DNA of 63,178 bases, filler included, from Lenisia limosa (Eukaryota > Protista > Breviatea): assembly GCA_001655205.1 (NCBI GenBank). It is 13 parts of 13 records of this genome, joined end to end, with 100 filler letters (N's around TTAATTAATTAA, not from the genome) between each part and the next. Parts side by side here need not be neighbours in the genome. Positions count along the whole stretch, not along the records: positions 48,693 to 50,580 come from LPNZ01006602.1; positions 50,681 to 56,724 come from LPNZ01002987.1; positions 56,825 to 59,520 come from LPNZ01000410.1; positions 59,621 to 63,178 come from LPNZ01005895.1; 9 more parts are not named here. One strand, 5' to 3'. The notes under the pieces are model-generated. The model ran no database searches and was not told the origin of the DNA. It saw only the letters and a list, made by a program, of their open reading frames with translations. The first letter of the stretch is position 1. The number at the start of each line of letters is the position of its first letter. Shown here one piece after another: positions 48,822 through 62,361 of the stretch. The translations under genes and the position numbers were made by a program.

Positions 48822-50367
48822 CCTTACTGCAACTATTGCTACGGCCGCGACTATGCGGACTCGTGTGCGTTCTGTTTCAACCCCATTTTGCAAACTCCAA
48901 TCAAAGCTATGGGCGTGGCCTTCCATGAGGTATTGAGATGGCTTTTCATGGGGTTTTGTTGATAAATCTTGACTTCTTTTATCGGATATGTATGAAAAAA
49001 TATTATTGTGTAATTCATTTTTCGATATTTCTTGAATGTGATTATGTTTAATCAGTCAATTGGAACCAAAGGTAATTACCTGTCTGTTTCATATTGTTTT
49101 AAGCTTCATGATGGTAATAATCCCCCTCAGCATCACTTTATCTGCGAGACCTGTGGCCAACCGCTGTCACATAAGTCTTGTGTCATGTACCAAGACAGAC
49201 CAACGTGTAACGTTTGTGAGTCCAAGGTATGGGGAGGGGGGGGTGATGGTGGTGGTCCTTTTCTTCCAAAGAGTTGATTTTGGGCTTTTTTTGTTTCATA
49301 TTTCTATCTTCACCNNNNNNNNNNNNNNNNNNNNNNNNNNNNNNNNNNNNNNNNNNNNNNNNNNNNNNNNNNNNNNNNNNNNNNNNNNNNNNNNNNNNNN
49401 NNNNNNNNNNNNNNNNNNNNNNNNNNNNNNNNNNNNNNNNNNNNNNNNNNNNNNNNNNNNNNNNTGCCTTCCTCCGAACAGACCGCTATGTCTCAATCAA
49501 GGTGGGTGTTGTATGAGTCAAAAAGGTGATTACGTTTCTCATTATCCCCCTATACTTACCTCATTACGGTTGTCAGCCAAAAGAGTGATTTTGGGCACTT
49601 TTTTTTGTTTCATTAATATTACAATCTCTGACCCTACAAAGGACGCGAAGGTTCATTTGCGGCATCTGCAGTGCCAGGCTTGTGGCTGCTTCTTCCCCAA
49701 CATCAACGACCTCAGGATTCACCATGGTGGGGGATGTAATGAAATAGTGCTGGCGGTAGTGACATATAATGGTGTGAGAGGAGGAGGACATTGTTAGAAG
49801 GGGAGATAGGAGCTATCAGTATTTCTTCAAAGTTGGTTATTAATTGTTCACCTCAAACCATCTGTGGTTGACCCCCCTGACCTGTTTAAAAGTTTGCTCA
49901 TAGATAAGCCTTACATCATTGCCCAATATATGATAATATCATTAACCTCATAGATATGCCCTACTGCTTGAGAGACTACAACAACTTACTCAGCAATATC
50001 TGCTCAGGGTAAGAGAGGGGGGTACTTTACGCTATTATTCTTCATCGAAATGTCCTTCGTTTACCCCCCCCCCCCNNNNNNNNNNNNNNNNNNNNNNNNN
50101 NNNNNNNNNNNNNNNNNNNNNNNNNNNNNNNNNNNNNNNNNNNNNNNNNNNNNNNNNNNNNNNNNNNNNNNNNNNNNNNNNNNNNNNNNNNNNNNNNNNN
50201 NGTCCGCCAACAGATTTGATTTTGGGCTTTTTTTTTGTTCCATAAATGTCCTGCGTTTACCCCCTAGGTGCCAGATGCCTGTTGTTGGGAATGGCATGGT
50301 GGAAGCTTTGGGCAGGAAGTGGCATCCCGAGCATCTCACGTGCACGGAGTGTTCCAAGGTTGGGGGT
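48822..50367 (+). CDS. Multi-LIM domain protein (paxillin-like), partial
   Basis: PYCNYCYGRDYADSCAFCFNPI..AMGVAFHE, HFICETCGQPL..RPTCNVCE and CQMPVVGNGMVEALGRKWHPEHLTCTECSK. Confidence 0.9.
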
Positions 50368-51351
50368 CTATATCCATGTTCCAAGGTTGGGGGTCTATAT
50401 CCATGTTACTTTTTCTCGGATTATTCGGTTCGTATTGAGTACTACCTTTGCCTTTGTCCCCATGTTGCGCTAACAGAATATAAGGCGTACATTTAGACCT
50501 CAAATGGGATGTGGTGCTGGAGAAGTGACTGGCCTGGGCTTTGTTTGCTTTGTTGTTTTTGCCCTCGTGTGTTGGTCAGCNNNNNNNNNNNNNNNNNNNN
50601 NNNNNNNNNNNNNNNNNNNNNNNNTTAATTAATTAANNNNNNNNNNNNNNNNNNNNNNNNNNNNNNNNNNNNNNNNNNNNTTTACATCAATATGATGGAC
50701 TCACCACAACACGCCTTGACGCAGGCTCTTCAGCCAATGAAGGGTTATGGGTGAAACCGGTTGAGCCTAGCAGATCACGTAATCTGAAGATAATTTCGTT
50801 TATTGTCAACATGAAGATATAACGAAGACACCCACAAAGATGGATATAATCTTAATCTCCATAACACACCTGAAATGCAGCTTGCGCCGCACTGGTTGAC
50901 AAGGCATTGACGAACGTTGTCAAAGGAGCATCATGACAAGTACCAGCCGGAGGGAGGGGGGATGAGGGACTGTTGTTTGATTTTCTAAGTAATATAATAT
51001 AAAAATAGTAAAAGAATGAAAGGGGAGGGATGGGAAGGGAAGATGCTGGGTGGGAAGATGGATGGGGATGCCGGATGACAAATGCCCAGCATTTGCACAT
51101 TCACCAAGCCAGATAATCCGCCATGAGATCTACGATCGCTTAACCTGGGAAAATCCCAAGAAAAATATGTAAGGGAGGGAAGCCAAAGGGAAGCAGAAGA
51201 AATGGAAGAAAGAGAAATATAGAAGAGGAGTTAAGTTGCGTACTTTTTTGGAGACTCCTATTTACACCAGGGCCAGGGCCCGTTTGTTGAGCTGGTGTAA
51301 TTGTGCTTCTGTCTGTTGTTGTTAAGTGTTGTTAAAAAAGAAGAAAAACAA

Positions 51352-54300
51352 ATGGGGCGTCGGAGAAATAGAAAAGTACAACCCTCTGTCCCTGCCCCTG
51401 CCCCTTCTACCTCTAAACGTCCAAGTGATGCTGAAACCAAAAAGAAGTTAAAAGACCTGGAAAAGGAGGTCACTGACCTTTGCTGTCACCGACAACCAGA
51501 AGATGAAAAGAGCTTCACTCAGTTTGGATCCTTCAGAGCATCGGTTTGGTTTTTACTGCAAGTGTCCACTAAGAAATTTACGGTTTTCAGGATTTTGTGC
51601 ATGGCAACTTGTCGAAATCAGTTGGCGACCTCAAAAGGATTGGACTCCTAATAAGCCAAGTGAAATATCACAAAAAGAGTGCGGAACTTAAGAGAGGTTT
51701 GATTGGCTTTTGTTGGATCATCGGTATTTCGCTACAGTAAAACAAAAACAATTTGTGAATAGTGGGTCACCTTATAAGTGCTGACAGTTTTGATGCCGCT
51801 TAAGCGCCACATCACTGGACTCTTTTCTTGATTCATAAATTTTCTCACCCCCCCCCCCCCNNNNNNNNNNNNNNNNNNNNNNNNNNNNNNNNNNNNNNNN
51901 NNNNNNNNNNNNNNNNNNNNNNNNNNNNNNNATCTCAGTCTTTCCAGGATCGTAGCATATATGATATGTTGGATATGATATATATTATTTTAGTCGCCAT
52001 TTGTCTGTTTTGTAACATCTTATCATCTAGGCCCAGATGAGGCACATGAACAAGATTCAAGAATTTTCCAGTTTAAGGTGGATCCGACTTCAGTCTCAAC
52101 TGATGAGCCATTTGAAAGCGATACAAATAAAGGTGTCATTAAAAAAGTGATTAGGGTTGGAAGTATCCAATTCAAAGAGGTGACATTATACTTAATAATA
52201 AACCTTTATCTTCAATCTACAAACCCTCCATCCTCATAAGGCCCATTTCAGCCTCCGACTTGAAATATGATGTTCACCTTCCCAGGTTTTTGCCAACGTT
52301 CTTCATCGAAGTTTCCTTCATTTTACCTCCCCCTCCAATCCTTAGGTTCTTCAAACAGTCTGCTGTCATATCTTGAAAATTTGGCCCGAAACAAATATTG
52401 TACCCAGCCACGACGAGATAGTCCAACTGTGGGTTGTGAAGCTCCTTTCTTAATGTTTCTGACTTGGCCTCCATTAAGTACTCATGTAGCACTACATATA
52501 TCATGTATACTACTATACAGTGACCGTGGTAAGTCTTGACGGATAACTCGGCTCCCATCAGGAAAATCGGTCAAGGCCTATCACGGTCCGTGTCCGTGAG
52601 TCATCAAAACTCAGGGCATCAGTTCCATGGTGACGTGACATACGTCACGTTGCTGTTGCTATGGGTTGGCTGTGTTTGGTGAGGTTATTTGATCGTTTTT
52701 TTTTGTCGGCTCTGAATGCTTGTTCTGCAGCTGGGTTGCATACAGGTATACGAATGACAGCTGGTCATGATCAATCTAGCTGCTTCAGAGAAATTTTAAT
52801 AAATGTCAAACCATATTCACTCTTATCTTTTCCAGTACCAGCATTGGAAAGTGGCTGGCAAAGCTCTTCGGAAGCCATGTCCCCCCAGTCGAAACCAACT
52901 ATAGCCTGACATTCAAAGTAACCCCAATGTATAACGACAAGAAGGAATATGTACAAAGAGATTTTGACTGCATTGACAACGCTGGGTTTATCCCTTTGGC
53001 CGAATACTTTAGTTTGGAAGCAAGAGATGCTCACGCAATTCACCTGGTCTTTTACTGCTATGCATGCAAATTCTTCCGTTTGTGGGATAATACTATTCCA
53101 TGTTACTTTTTTTCTGGTATTATGTTCATACACTGGGTTCCAGGCGCTCCTTTACCGGATAATGATACAGAAGGGGGGGGGGGTATATTATTGGAAGGAA
53201 TTGGTCCGAAAAAGGGTTTATTATACGNNNNNNNNNNNNNNNNNNNNNNNNNNNNNNNNNNNNNNNNNNNNNNNNNNNNNNNNNNNNNNNNNNNNTCTGA
53301 TATCAGCTGACATTTCAGGTGCACATATTAAGAGCTTATTATTGGACACCTTTCAATCTCCTATGGTTGGTATAGTTTGAATGGCTCCTTGTTAGCAGTG
53401 GGATCAATGAAAAATCCAAATAGCTTTGTGTTTTTATTCTTCTTTTAGGACAATATATCAAATGAACTGTTAATCACGGCTTCAAATCGGTTGGAACACG
53501 CTCTAAGACAGGTTTGTATTGGTGTACATATAATTCTATTCTTCTTTTTGACGAGCCATTCTACCCGAGACTATTAAGATGGTATCAAGAAATGAGAAAT
53601 ATTACAATGTTGTATCTGGCTGAAGCGTCCACTCCACGCTTAATATTGGATTATAGTTTAATGTTAATTCACCCAATCATTTGCATTACAACTCTGTGCA
53701 CACAGCTTTCTGCGCACCATATAAAGAATATTATGAATATTTTTTATAATTAATGTCTGCATTTCGAAAAAAAAAAAAAAAGAAAAAAAAAAAAAAAAAA
53801 NNNNNNNNNNNNNNNNNNNNNNNNNNNNNNNNNNNNNNNNNNNNNNNNNNNNNNNNNNNNNNNNNNNNNNNNNNNNACCCAAGTTGATTGTTTCATGATT
53901 TCAGAGTGTGCCTGATCAAGATGACAATGTATACAAAGCATGTCTTGAATGCTTTGGCCCTTTCAGCAAAAGCAAAGTGGGTATTGTTTTTGTTTTGTGC
54001 TGTAATACATATGATATAGTATACTATATACTATATACTATATGATATAGTATACGGGTCTTATGAGCTGTTTAGTTTCGTAACTCTGGTTACTTGTATA
54101 TTGTTACTTGGACTATAATGTTTTAGAAAGATCATGTTAAACAGCAGCTAACTCTTTGCGAGCTCTTTGTGGCCTATGATATTGGTAGGCAATGGTCGTA
54201 TGTCAGATGTTTTTTTCAGATATCACGGGCTTCCTCTATTTAGTATCAGTTTGTAATCATTCAGGTTTCGTTGCCAAAAGAAGCGTCATTTCACTTACAT

Positions 54301-56480
54301 TGAAAGATGTGGAAGAGGAACTTCGATTTAATGGTGGTGGTACATATAAACCTACAGCATATCGCGTTTTCCAAGGATCCACAGTTGCTATCATGCCAGC
54401 ATTCCTTTCCGACACCCCGCTAAAAAGCTTTGATGAACAGTGTCACGTTGAAGTAAGCTACAATATTGAGGACATGTCATATGTCCCACACACTATCATT
54501 TCACGTTGTATTGTACTGTTATTTTTTCTTGTTTATTTTCTCTGAATCACCAGGGTCCGGCGTTGATTTTCGAAGATTGCCGAGACATTGTACCCTACAA
54601 CGAGTCCCGATTTTCTCCCAATCCCGCCCATTCCTCCCCCAAACCCCCCTACTCTCTGATGCATAATGTGCCCTCTGAGAGTATCTTCTCAGACATTTTG
54701 AAGAAACTTGATCAAGCAATCATCGATTCTCCTCACGATTTAAACGTTTTCTTTGAAGCTCTCATATTCGATGTTCCTGGCCTTGAAAAACGATTAGAAA
54801 CACAAAAAATAACTGCTCAATTGGATATCCTGGAAGAAGTGTTTTCATCCTCTGACAACTACCTTATCGTTCTTGAATTGCTAAAAACTGTGATGAATCA
54901 AATGGACATCGATCCCTGTTGTTTTCCATTATTCAACAACCAAAACAAAGCATTTACCAGTCTGGTGCAGGTTGCTGGGAGTAGCCTTGGTTTCGCAGTG
55001 TTGTCTGACGAGGTTGTTGCGGAGGCTCTTCAGTCAAGTGAACCTACCCTCTACGATGTTTTAGTTCTGATTGAGGCTCTTGGGTGTGAAATGGAGGTAG
55101 GATAGCCTCGGATTTGATGTCGGTTTGGAGATTGAAATTTCATATCCTTTTTGACTTACACATCCTACAGGAAAAGGATGTTGCAATGAGGCTCTTTAAT
55201 ATCCTCCAAGCTCATCATGAACTGTTTTCTTTAGTTTTCCCAAAGCTCTATGGAACAACCACTTGTGTAAGCTGTTGCTTGCTTCTGCCTTGTTATTTAT
55301 CCCTCCGTTCAGAAGCTAAAATTATCTTTTGAAACCACCAATAACATTGATTGATCAATTCAACCCCAACCCCCGACCTTCTAAATGTAATCATGAAAGT
55401 CTCGAACCAATCTATCTTGACTAGTAAACATGTAAATATCATATATGTATGTTGTATGTTGCATTGAAGTGGCGACCTACATTGTTTTGTCTATGCTATC
55501 TATATACTAATTGTATGTATATATGTATGTATATTATATATATATCGATAAATCTATATCAAAACTTAGGGCCTCCCTCTGGTCCCCTCATAGACTGTTT
55601 CTCCCAAATATATTCACTGTCTTTTTCGGACCGAAGAGAAACTCTAACAATAACCTCTAATATCCAAGCTGCCTCTCTTGTCGCTGGTGGCACAGCATTG
55701 GCCTGAGATGGTTCCTTTTGTACATAAGTTCCGCCCACAATCTCGGCATCATATAAACAACGGAGGTTTGTTCATACTTCTCCATGATAAAAATACAATT
55801 GTGGCTTTCTTGTAACTTTTTTCTTTTTATCTGGAGACACTCGGCTACAATTCTAATATCTGCAGAGATATTATTAAATATTATGACTTGCGGACCGAGC
55901 TGACCATTCACAGGTGATGGACTGTTCCACCTGGCAACTCAACCAATGTCACAGACTGTGCACAGGGCAGTTGTTTGTCTTACAAAGGATGTAGGCAATA
56001 TCCTGTTTTTAAAGTTCAAAAATTATTTGACGCTTTTTTAACTTCGAACCTGACCTGAATGGCACTTTTAGAGGAATTTGTGGAATATCTCTTATTTTAC
56101 ATCACATCTAAAAACGGCTTGTTTGTTCTTGAGTTATTAATTTGTCTTTGGAAAATGCAATCTATACATTAATAGTAATAATGAATCACTTGTTGCCCTT
56201 TACTCTATTATCACTTTTTTGCGTGTATGTCTTAAAAAGTACCGACTTGTGTAATAATAAAGCAGAGTACAAGACAGTGTTCATACAAATTGATGTTATG
56301 CAGAGCCAAAAATAGGAATAGAAAAGAAGAGGGGAGGTGAACAATCAGGACTAAGAATTATAGCAAAACTAATTCAAACTACAGGCGTCTGAACTCGAGT
56401 TGACTCTGGCACTGAATGAGGCAGGTAGCTCCAAAAACTTGGCGATGGTAAATCTCCTTCTTAATAACGGAGCACACACG
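51352..56480 (+). CDS. Large multi-exon hypothetical gene (possibly more than one), with an ankyrin-like segment near the end
   Basis: Long exons 52860-53075, 54270-54450 and 54555-55096. ALNEAGSSKNLAMVNLLLNNGAH at ~56405-56475 resembles an ankyrin repeat. Confidence 0.45.
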
Positions 56481-57399
56481 GTTGGTGGTAACATAGACAT
56501 AATGTGGTATACTATTTATGTGTATGCTGGGGTGGCACGCAGAAAGAGTTGTCAGGCAAAATATTTGAGTGCATTGATATTATACTATAACTCTTTTAAG
56601 CGTGATGGTGTGGACGCTTCGGCCAGATACAACCCTCTTTTTTAATTTCTCATCTCTATAATATATCATTTCATATATCTACAAAAAATGATACTATTAT
56701 GTATCTGTATATGCGTGTCCCGCTNNNNNNNNNNNNNNNNNNNNNNNNNNNNNNNNNNNNNNNNNNNNTTAATTAATTAANNNNNNNNNNNNNNNNNNNN
56801 NNNNNNNNNNNNNNNNNNNNNNNNATTGTAAAGGGGAATCGTTAGAAAGTAGAAAATGAAAACAAATCAAGAGACGATCAAAATGTTAAATGTAGAAATG
56901 AGAAAGAGACAAAGAAGTATCAGGCAAAACCCTTTAACTCAATCACGTTTGTTCCGAACAATAAATATTATTTAGAACAATTAACTGAGGCAAGGTAGCT
57001 GTTGAAAATCAAAAATCAGAAGAAAGAAAAAAGAAATTGCTTGAAAAATAAAGGCTAAACCTAGATGAGAATTTGATCGAGAATTTTGGACCTATTCACA
57101 GGCTTACTGCAAAGATGGGAGGTTTGATTGTTTTTGTTATTCAGAACCAATGTTGAGGGTGGTGCATCAAGAAAAAACAAGGCAAGCAATGATGTCTTTT
57201 TTGTCAATTCAACAAATGATCTTCATAATGCTGAGTGCAAGTCACTCCATCGCCAACAACCATCTTGCCCATCTTCTCAAGAAGGCTACCACTCAAGGCA
57301 AGGTGTTTGGAGTCCGAGACACAAAGGTATTCCTCTCTGCAGGCTACGACCTCACTCCTGCTAAGAAAAAGGGTGTTGCTTCCGACGACTTGCCGCCCT

Positions 57400-57672
57400 T
57401 CAAGTCACTTTCAGACATTGAAAAGAAAGAGCTTGGTCCTGCTCGTGTACGGCAGCGTTGACGATGTTGGAATAGACGAATTCAAGTCAATAATTCCGGC
57501 CACTTTGCCCAAAAGAGACCTCCTCGCCATCGTGTGAGGACAATGACCCCAAGCACACAGCTATTATTATATTCTGACTGTTCTATCATGGAGTGGCGTA
57601 CTCAAGGTCCTTATCTCAACCCAATTGCGCATGCGTGGCAGCTTCTTGAAGGAACATGGGCTTAACGTTTGG
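57400..57672 (+). pseudogene. Degenerate Tc1/IS630-mariner transposase catalytic-domain remnant
   Basis: EDNDPKHTA (cf. Tc1 QDNDPKHTS), then after a frameshift IMEWRTQGPYLNPIAHAW (cf. LDWPSQSPDLNPIEHLW). The catalytic Glu is lost. Confidence 0.75.
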
Positions 57673-58079
57673 TTCTCTAAGTAAAGGCTGCATGAATCCT
57701 CCATAGATATCGTTTTTGTAAAGTAGTTTAGGAAGCTTTGATTGGGAACTCTATTGGATCTTGGTTTAACCCAACAATGAGAATATTTGAATAGAGGAAG
57801 AAAACGATAGTTAAAACAAAAAACAAAAAAAAGTAAGCTCTTCGTGCTTTGATTGCAATTCTAGGTATTTGATACTACCTCCTCTACATACATACATATT
57901 CCGAAGAAAGACTGAATTTCACGGTAAATCCTCAAAAAAACTGTCGATATTTTCTCCGGTTCATTTCGGGCCGAAGTGAAGCCCTAAACATATCCCCTTC
58001 TCACTGTACAAAAGATTATCCATCTCTAACTATGAAATACATATCAGATATATATTATGTGTATTTTTGTCCAAAAACC

Positions 58080-60240
58080 CTGCCCACTGATGTTCCAGCC
58101 CCGGGTGCGGGATGAAGCCTCTGTAAGCCAGGGACGGCTTGTCTGAGTTTGAAAGGCTCATTCGTCGAGCATGGTGCTGGGAGGTCTTTCCTTCCTGCGA
58201 GAATAAAAAAAAATTCCAGAACTGTGAGAGGATCTATTGATAATCCTCTACATCATTCATTAGCCCAACTAATCCTCCCTCCCCATTCCAAAGGTTTACC
58301 CCCATCATAACCCCCTCTTACCGCATTAGGGTTGGAGTAGGACGCAAGGAACTCTTGTCTTCTGGCATGGGCTGGAGGAGTAAAAATGGAAAATTTATGA
58401 AACAAAAAAGCCCAAAATCAACTCTCTTGGCTAAAAACACATGAGGGTTAAACAACAAAACAAAAAGCCAGCTGCTACCATCACCCAGGGTGAAGAGGGT
58501 AGGTTTAGAGGGGTCAAGATGAGTACGTTGAGCAAAAGCAAGACTTTTTCTATTATTATGTGTGACATTAATCATCTTTTTACGAATATAGAGGACCATC
58601 CTCCCCTCTCACAATGCTCCTGGCGCTTCCTCTCTTTCAAACGATTCATCTAAAATGTTATACTGAATCTCTGTGCTTTGTACCCATGAAAATAGGTGAA
58701 TCCTTTTTGAATAAGATGCATTTGTTCTTATTTTTTAAAAGGTATTCATTCGTTGCAAAATACCCACTTTTGCTTCTTCATAAAAGGACTGTTTGGCCTC
58801 ATTGAGCTGACGATTGGTAGCTGGAAAGTGTTACAGGCAGCAAAATTATCAGCGAATTAGGATTTTAGTGTATTCCAATATAAACAAGAAACCCGGCTCT
58901 TGACACAATATGGTCTATCATTTCCCCAGTTCATACCTGCTGAACGCTCGACTCTCTCAACTTCCTCCCAACTAGGCCCAATAACAGGAGAAGCCTCGGA
59001 CGGTACAATGGGGCTAGCTAATGGAGAGGCTAGGGGAGGGTAAATAAGGATGTTATTATGTGTGGCTCAAATCGATGCTTGGAAGTGGAAAAGAAACAGA
59101 GGAGTTTTATCCGAAAAAAAAAAAGTTCAAACCTTATCGTAAAAGTTGTATGTTAGAAAATGATCAATAATTATGGTAACATCTTGCAGGAAAGTCTGAT
59201 CTGGATCTTACACATGTGTCTGTGGTATTTTCACATTTATTAATCTTTTTTTAAATTTTTTTATAACAAAATAGTACTTTGCTTACGTAAATCCCGTGGG
59301 GTTGATGGGAGCGGAGAACTGCCTGATGTTGAAGGTCCTAAGAAGTATCAGAGGAAATGGTGATCCATACCCAGTCGCGATATAATATGACCGACTTCCG
59401 AGTTACAATGATGAACGTAGATAGAACTAGGGTTCATATCCTGAATGTATCTGACTATTATTGACACCTGTATATTATAAATCCCCCCCCCTCCCCAATC
59501 AAACTTGAAGGTGTTACAGCNNNNNNNNNNNNNNNNNNNNNNNNNNNNNNNNNNNNNNNNNNNNTTAATTAATTAANNNNNNNNNNNNNNNNNNNNNNNN
59601 NNNNNNNNNNNNNNNNNNNNAACTCTCCAGTCTCCCAATAACTTTGATCCGCTACTCCAAAGCCCCGCAGACAAAAGCGTCATGGACAGTTACCTTGTTC
59701 GTTCACTGAGAGTGGGTAGTGCCTTTATTCTTCGTATTGAATTAAGAACAACTGCCTTCATAGTGAGAAAAGACCCAACAGCCAGAGGCTCTCCCAGTTC
59801 TTTTACATGCTGTAATTATTGCTTATTTTGTTAAAATATGATATTACTAAGACTACAACCCCATTGTCATCCACCCAGCAACAACGGTCACAGCCACCAC
59901 AGTCCAGACGTCCTACCTCGATCCCTCAGAGCCTCTTACCTGACCGNNNNNNNNNNNNNNNNNNNNNNNNNNNNNNNNNNNNNNNNNNNNNNNNNNNNNN
60001 NNNNNNNNNNNNNNNNNNNNNNNNNACATGGGTCATTTTCACCCGTTGATAGTGGCTCATATCCACCATTACGACTCGAAAGTCGGTTATATGGTCATAT
60101 CACTAGTCGGTATGGGTTATAATGCAAGCAATACAAGTTGAGAAGAACTTTTTTCCTCACCATTTAGATGCCAGCATGAACTTTGGAGAAGACAGCGAGC
60201 TGGATGATGCGTTTACTGATCTCGAGGATCTATAAACCGT
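58080..60240 (-). CDS. Hypothetical Ser/Pro-rich multi-exon gene(s)
   Basis: Exons such as EGKTSQHHARRMSLSNSDKPSLAYRGF, PMPEDKSSLRPTPTLMR and LASPLASPIVPSEASP with GT-AG borders; crosses a spacer gap. Confidence 0.4.
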
Positions 60241-60601
60241 GGGTTGGGATGTGTGTACCGTTACGGTTTAGGTCTAGCGAATTCCCTCGTATTATTGCTT
60301 ATGTAGCTTTTCCTCGGATTATTGGTTTTTTAGCTTATTGTGTGTAGGTGCCAGTCAGGTCCTGATTAAGTTCGACAGTCGCTATGTATCTTGAATGTAT
60401 TTTATTAGACCAACACGATGAGGGTTTCAGGTGTATTTCCTCCAGGCTTTGATTTTTGGGATCTTAGAGTCGTGACATCTTCTCGTGTGATTTTCGGCAG
60501 ATTTCGTATGGTGTTTTCCGGGAAGAAAGGAAGAAACATTCAGTCACCATTTAATTTTGTTGTGGTGTTGTGTGTGACAGTGGTGACAAGTCTCCACTAG
60601 G

Positions 60602-60810
60602 GGCCGCAGTTCGGGGATAACACAATATCTGTTTTTACAAATCATATAACATGACGTCATGACGTCATGCATTAATTTTCGTATAAACTCCCCATGTTTA
60701 AGAAAGATTTTTACCATGACGTCATGGCGATTTCTGTCACCTGTGTGAATTGAATATTTTGACTTTAATTTTGACTTTTACCACTTTTTGCGTTTTCCCG
60801 AACTGCGGCC
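60602..60810. mobile_element. MITE family 2 (~210 bp)
   Basis: Perfect 14-bp inverted repeat ggccgcagttcggg (60602-60615) / cccgaactgcggcc (60797-60810). Contains three TGACGTCA palindromes. Confidence 0.6.
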
Positions 60811-60884
60811 TGCGTCTTCACATGTATTATCAAGCGAAATATGCAATACAATCGGTTTGTCTGCTCTTCACCAAATATAGATGA

Positions 60885-62361
60885 ATGGAATCCCTCAACA
60901 TTAACAACAGTTTTAAAAGTAAATATTATATTTATTATTATAATATCAAGGCGGCACAGACATGATAAATCTTGAATAAAATCATGGGGCGGATAGTGGT
61001 ATATAACTCTTCAACAGCCCGTAAATGTTCTAATCCCTCAATAAATATGCGTTTTTCTGACAACCCAAATAGGTCCACTTTTCTCCCTTTAATGCTTCGC
61101 ATATTTTGGTCGGATCAAGTCAGTATTTTGGAATTGTTGGAAATGGAGCATTGGAAATCCTTGGAATCGACAATGTAGGTGGCGATTTAATTATTGCTGA
61201 AAAAGTCTCATTCATACGTTACTCTCTGAAATTTATACTCAAATCAACATAATCTTGTGTTGTGTCATGTTGCCAATATTTGGAGGTGGCCTATGTTACA
61301 AACCTCTAGGGACAAATTTCGCGATTTGCTATCTATGACACCCAAACTGGGGTGAATGATGTGGCTTGGAGGTTTGTTTGTACTTCTATTTTTCAATGTA
61401 GTGAAAAAAACAATTTCCAATTTGTGAGTGCTACTGCTGATGGAAAAGCTAGGCTTTATGACATGAAAATAGGTATTTTCAAAGCTGTGTTGTTATTTTC
61501 AGGGAATCGACCAGTTGAAATGTTCCAAGCTAGTTCAGTAGATCTTTCAGCAGTTCAATGGTGTCCTTCAAATAGAGAATCGTATGGGGAAGTGAAGGAA
61601 AATACTAATCTTCAGGCTTGCAATCACTTCATGGGATGGCTCGCTGTCACTTTGGACTCCACGGAGACAGACTCCAATTTTGAAAACGCAAATTAGCCAT
61701 GTGAGTGGTCATTTGCTAATCTCCATAGTCTCGCCTCACTGATGTGACCTGGAATCCACATTGTCCGTCAACTTTGGCAGTGTCAGACCAAACAGGAAGT
61801 ATTTCAATGATTGATATTCGAAATCCCCAGTCTCACAAGATTAACGCTCATATACAAGAAGCAATGTCGCTGGATTGGGGGAAGTACAATGTTAGATCAT
61901 TTCAAACTGACATTTAGACAAATTATTTAATTTCAAGTTCTGTTGATAGGCTTATCAAACTATGGGTGGGTGATTAATTTGAAGAACGCACTTACGATCA
62001 GGATATTCGACACCCACAGCAGCCGATTTCTACCTTTCTCGGCCACTGTCAGGTTTGATAACAAGTCGTGTGACAGCATAGGCAATTAGAAGATGTCGAT
62101 GGTCCCCTCATGTACCAAATCTAATTGCCTCGGTTTCATAGTGAGTCATTAAAATCGAATTATAATGTTCTAGTGATTCGAAAACAGCCCTTCATGACAT
62201 CACCCCCGGAAAGCATCCAAAAGTACAACAGAATCACAGTGAATTTGTACATGGCTTAGACTTCAGTCTGTTCACTCCAGGATTGGTGAGAGAATTGCAA
62301 TGTGACAGCACAGGTAGCGACAGGAGGGTGGGACCGAAGGCTTTGGATTGGAATGCTATAG
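60885..62361 (+). CDS. PEX7: Peroxisomal PTS2 receptor (WD40)
   Basis: NGALEIL, YDTQTGVNDVAWS|EKN..VSATADGKARLYD, INAHIQEAMSLDWGK, DRLIKLW|DIR..FLGH, NHSEFVHGLDFSLFTPG, VATGGWD. Confidence 0.85.
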
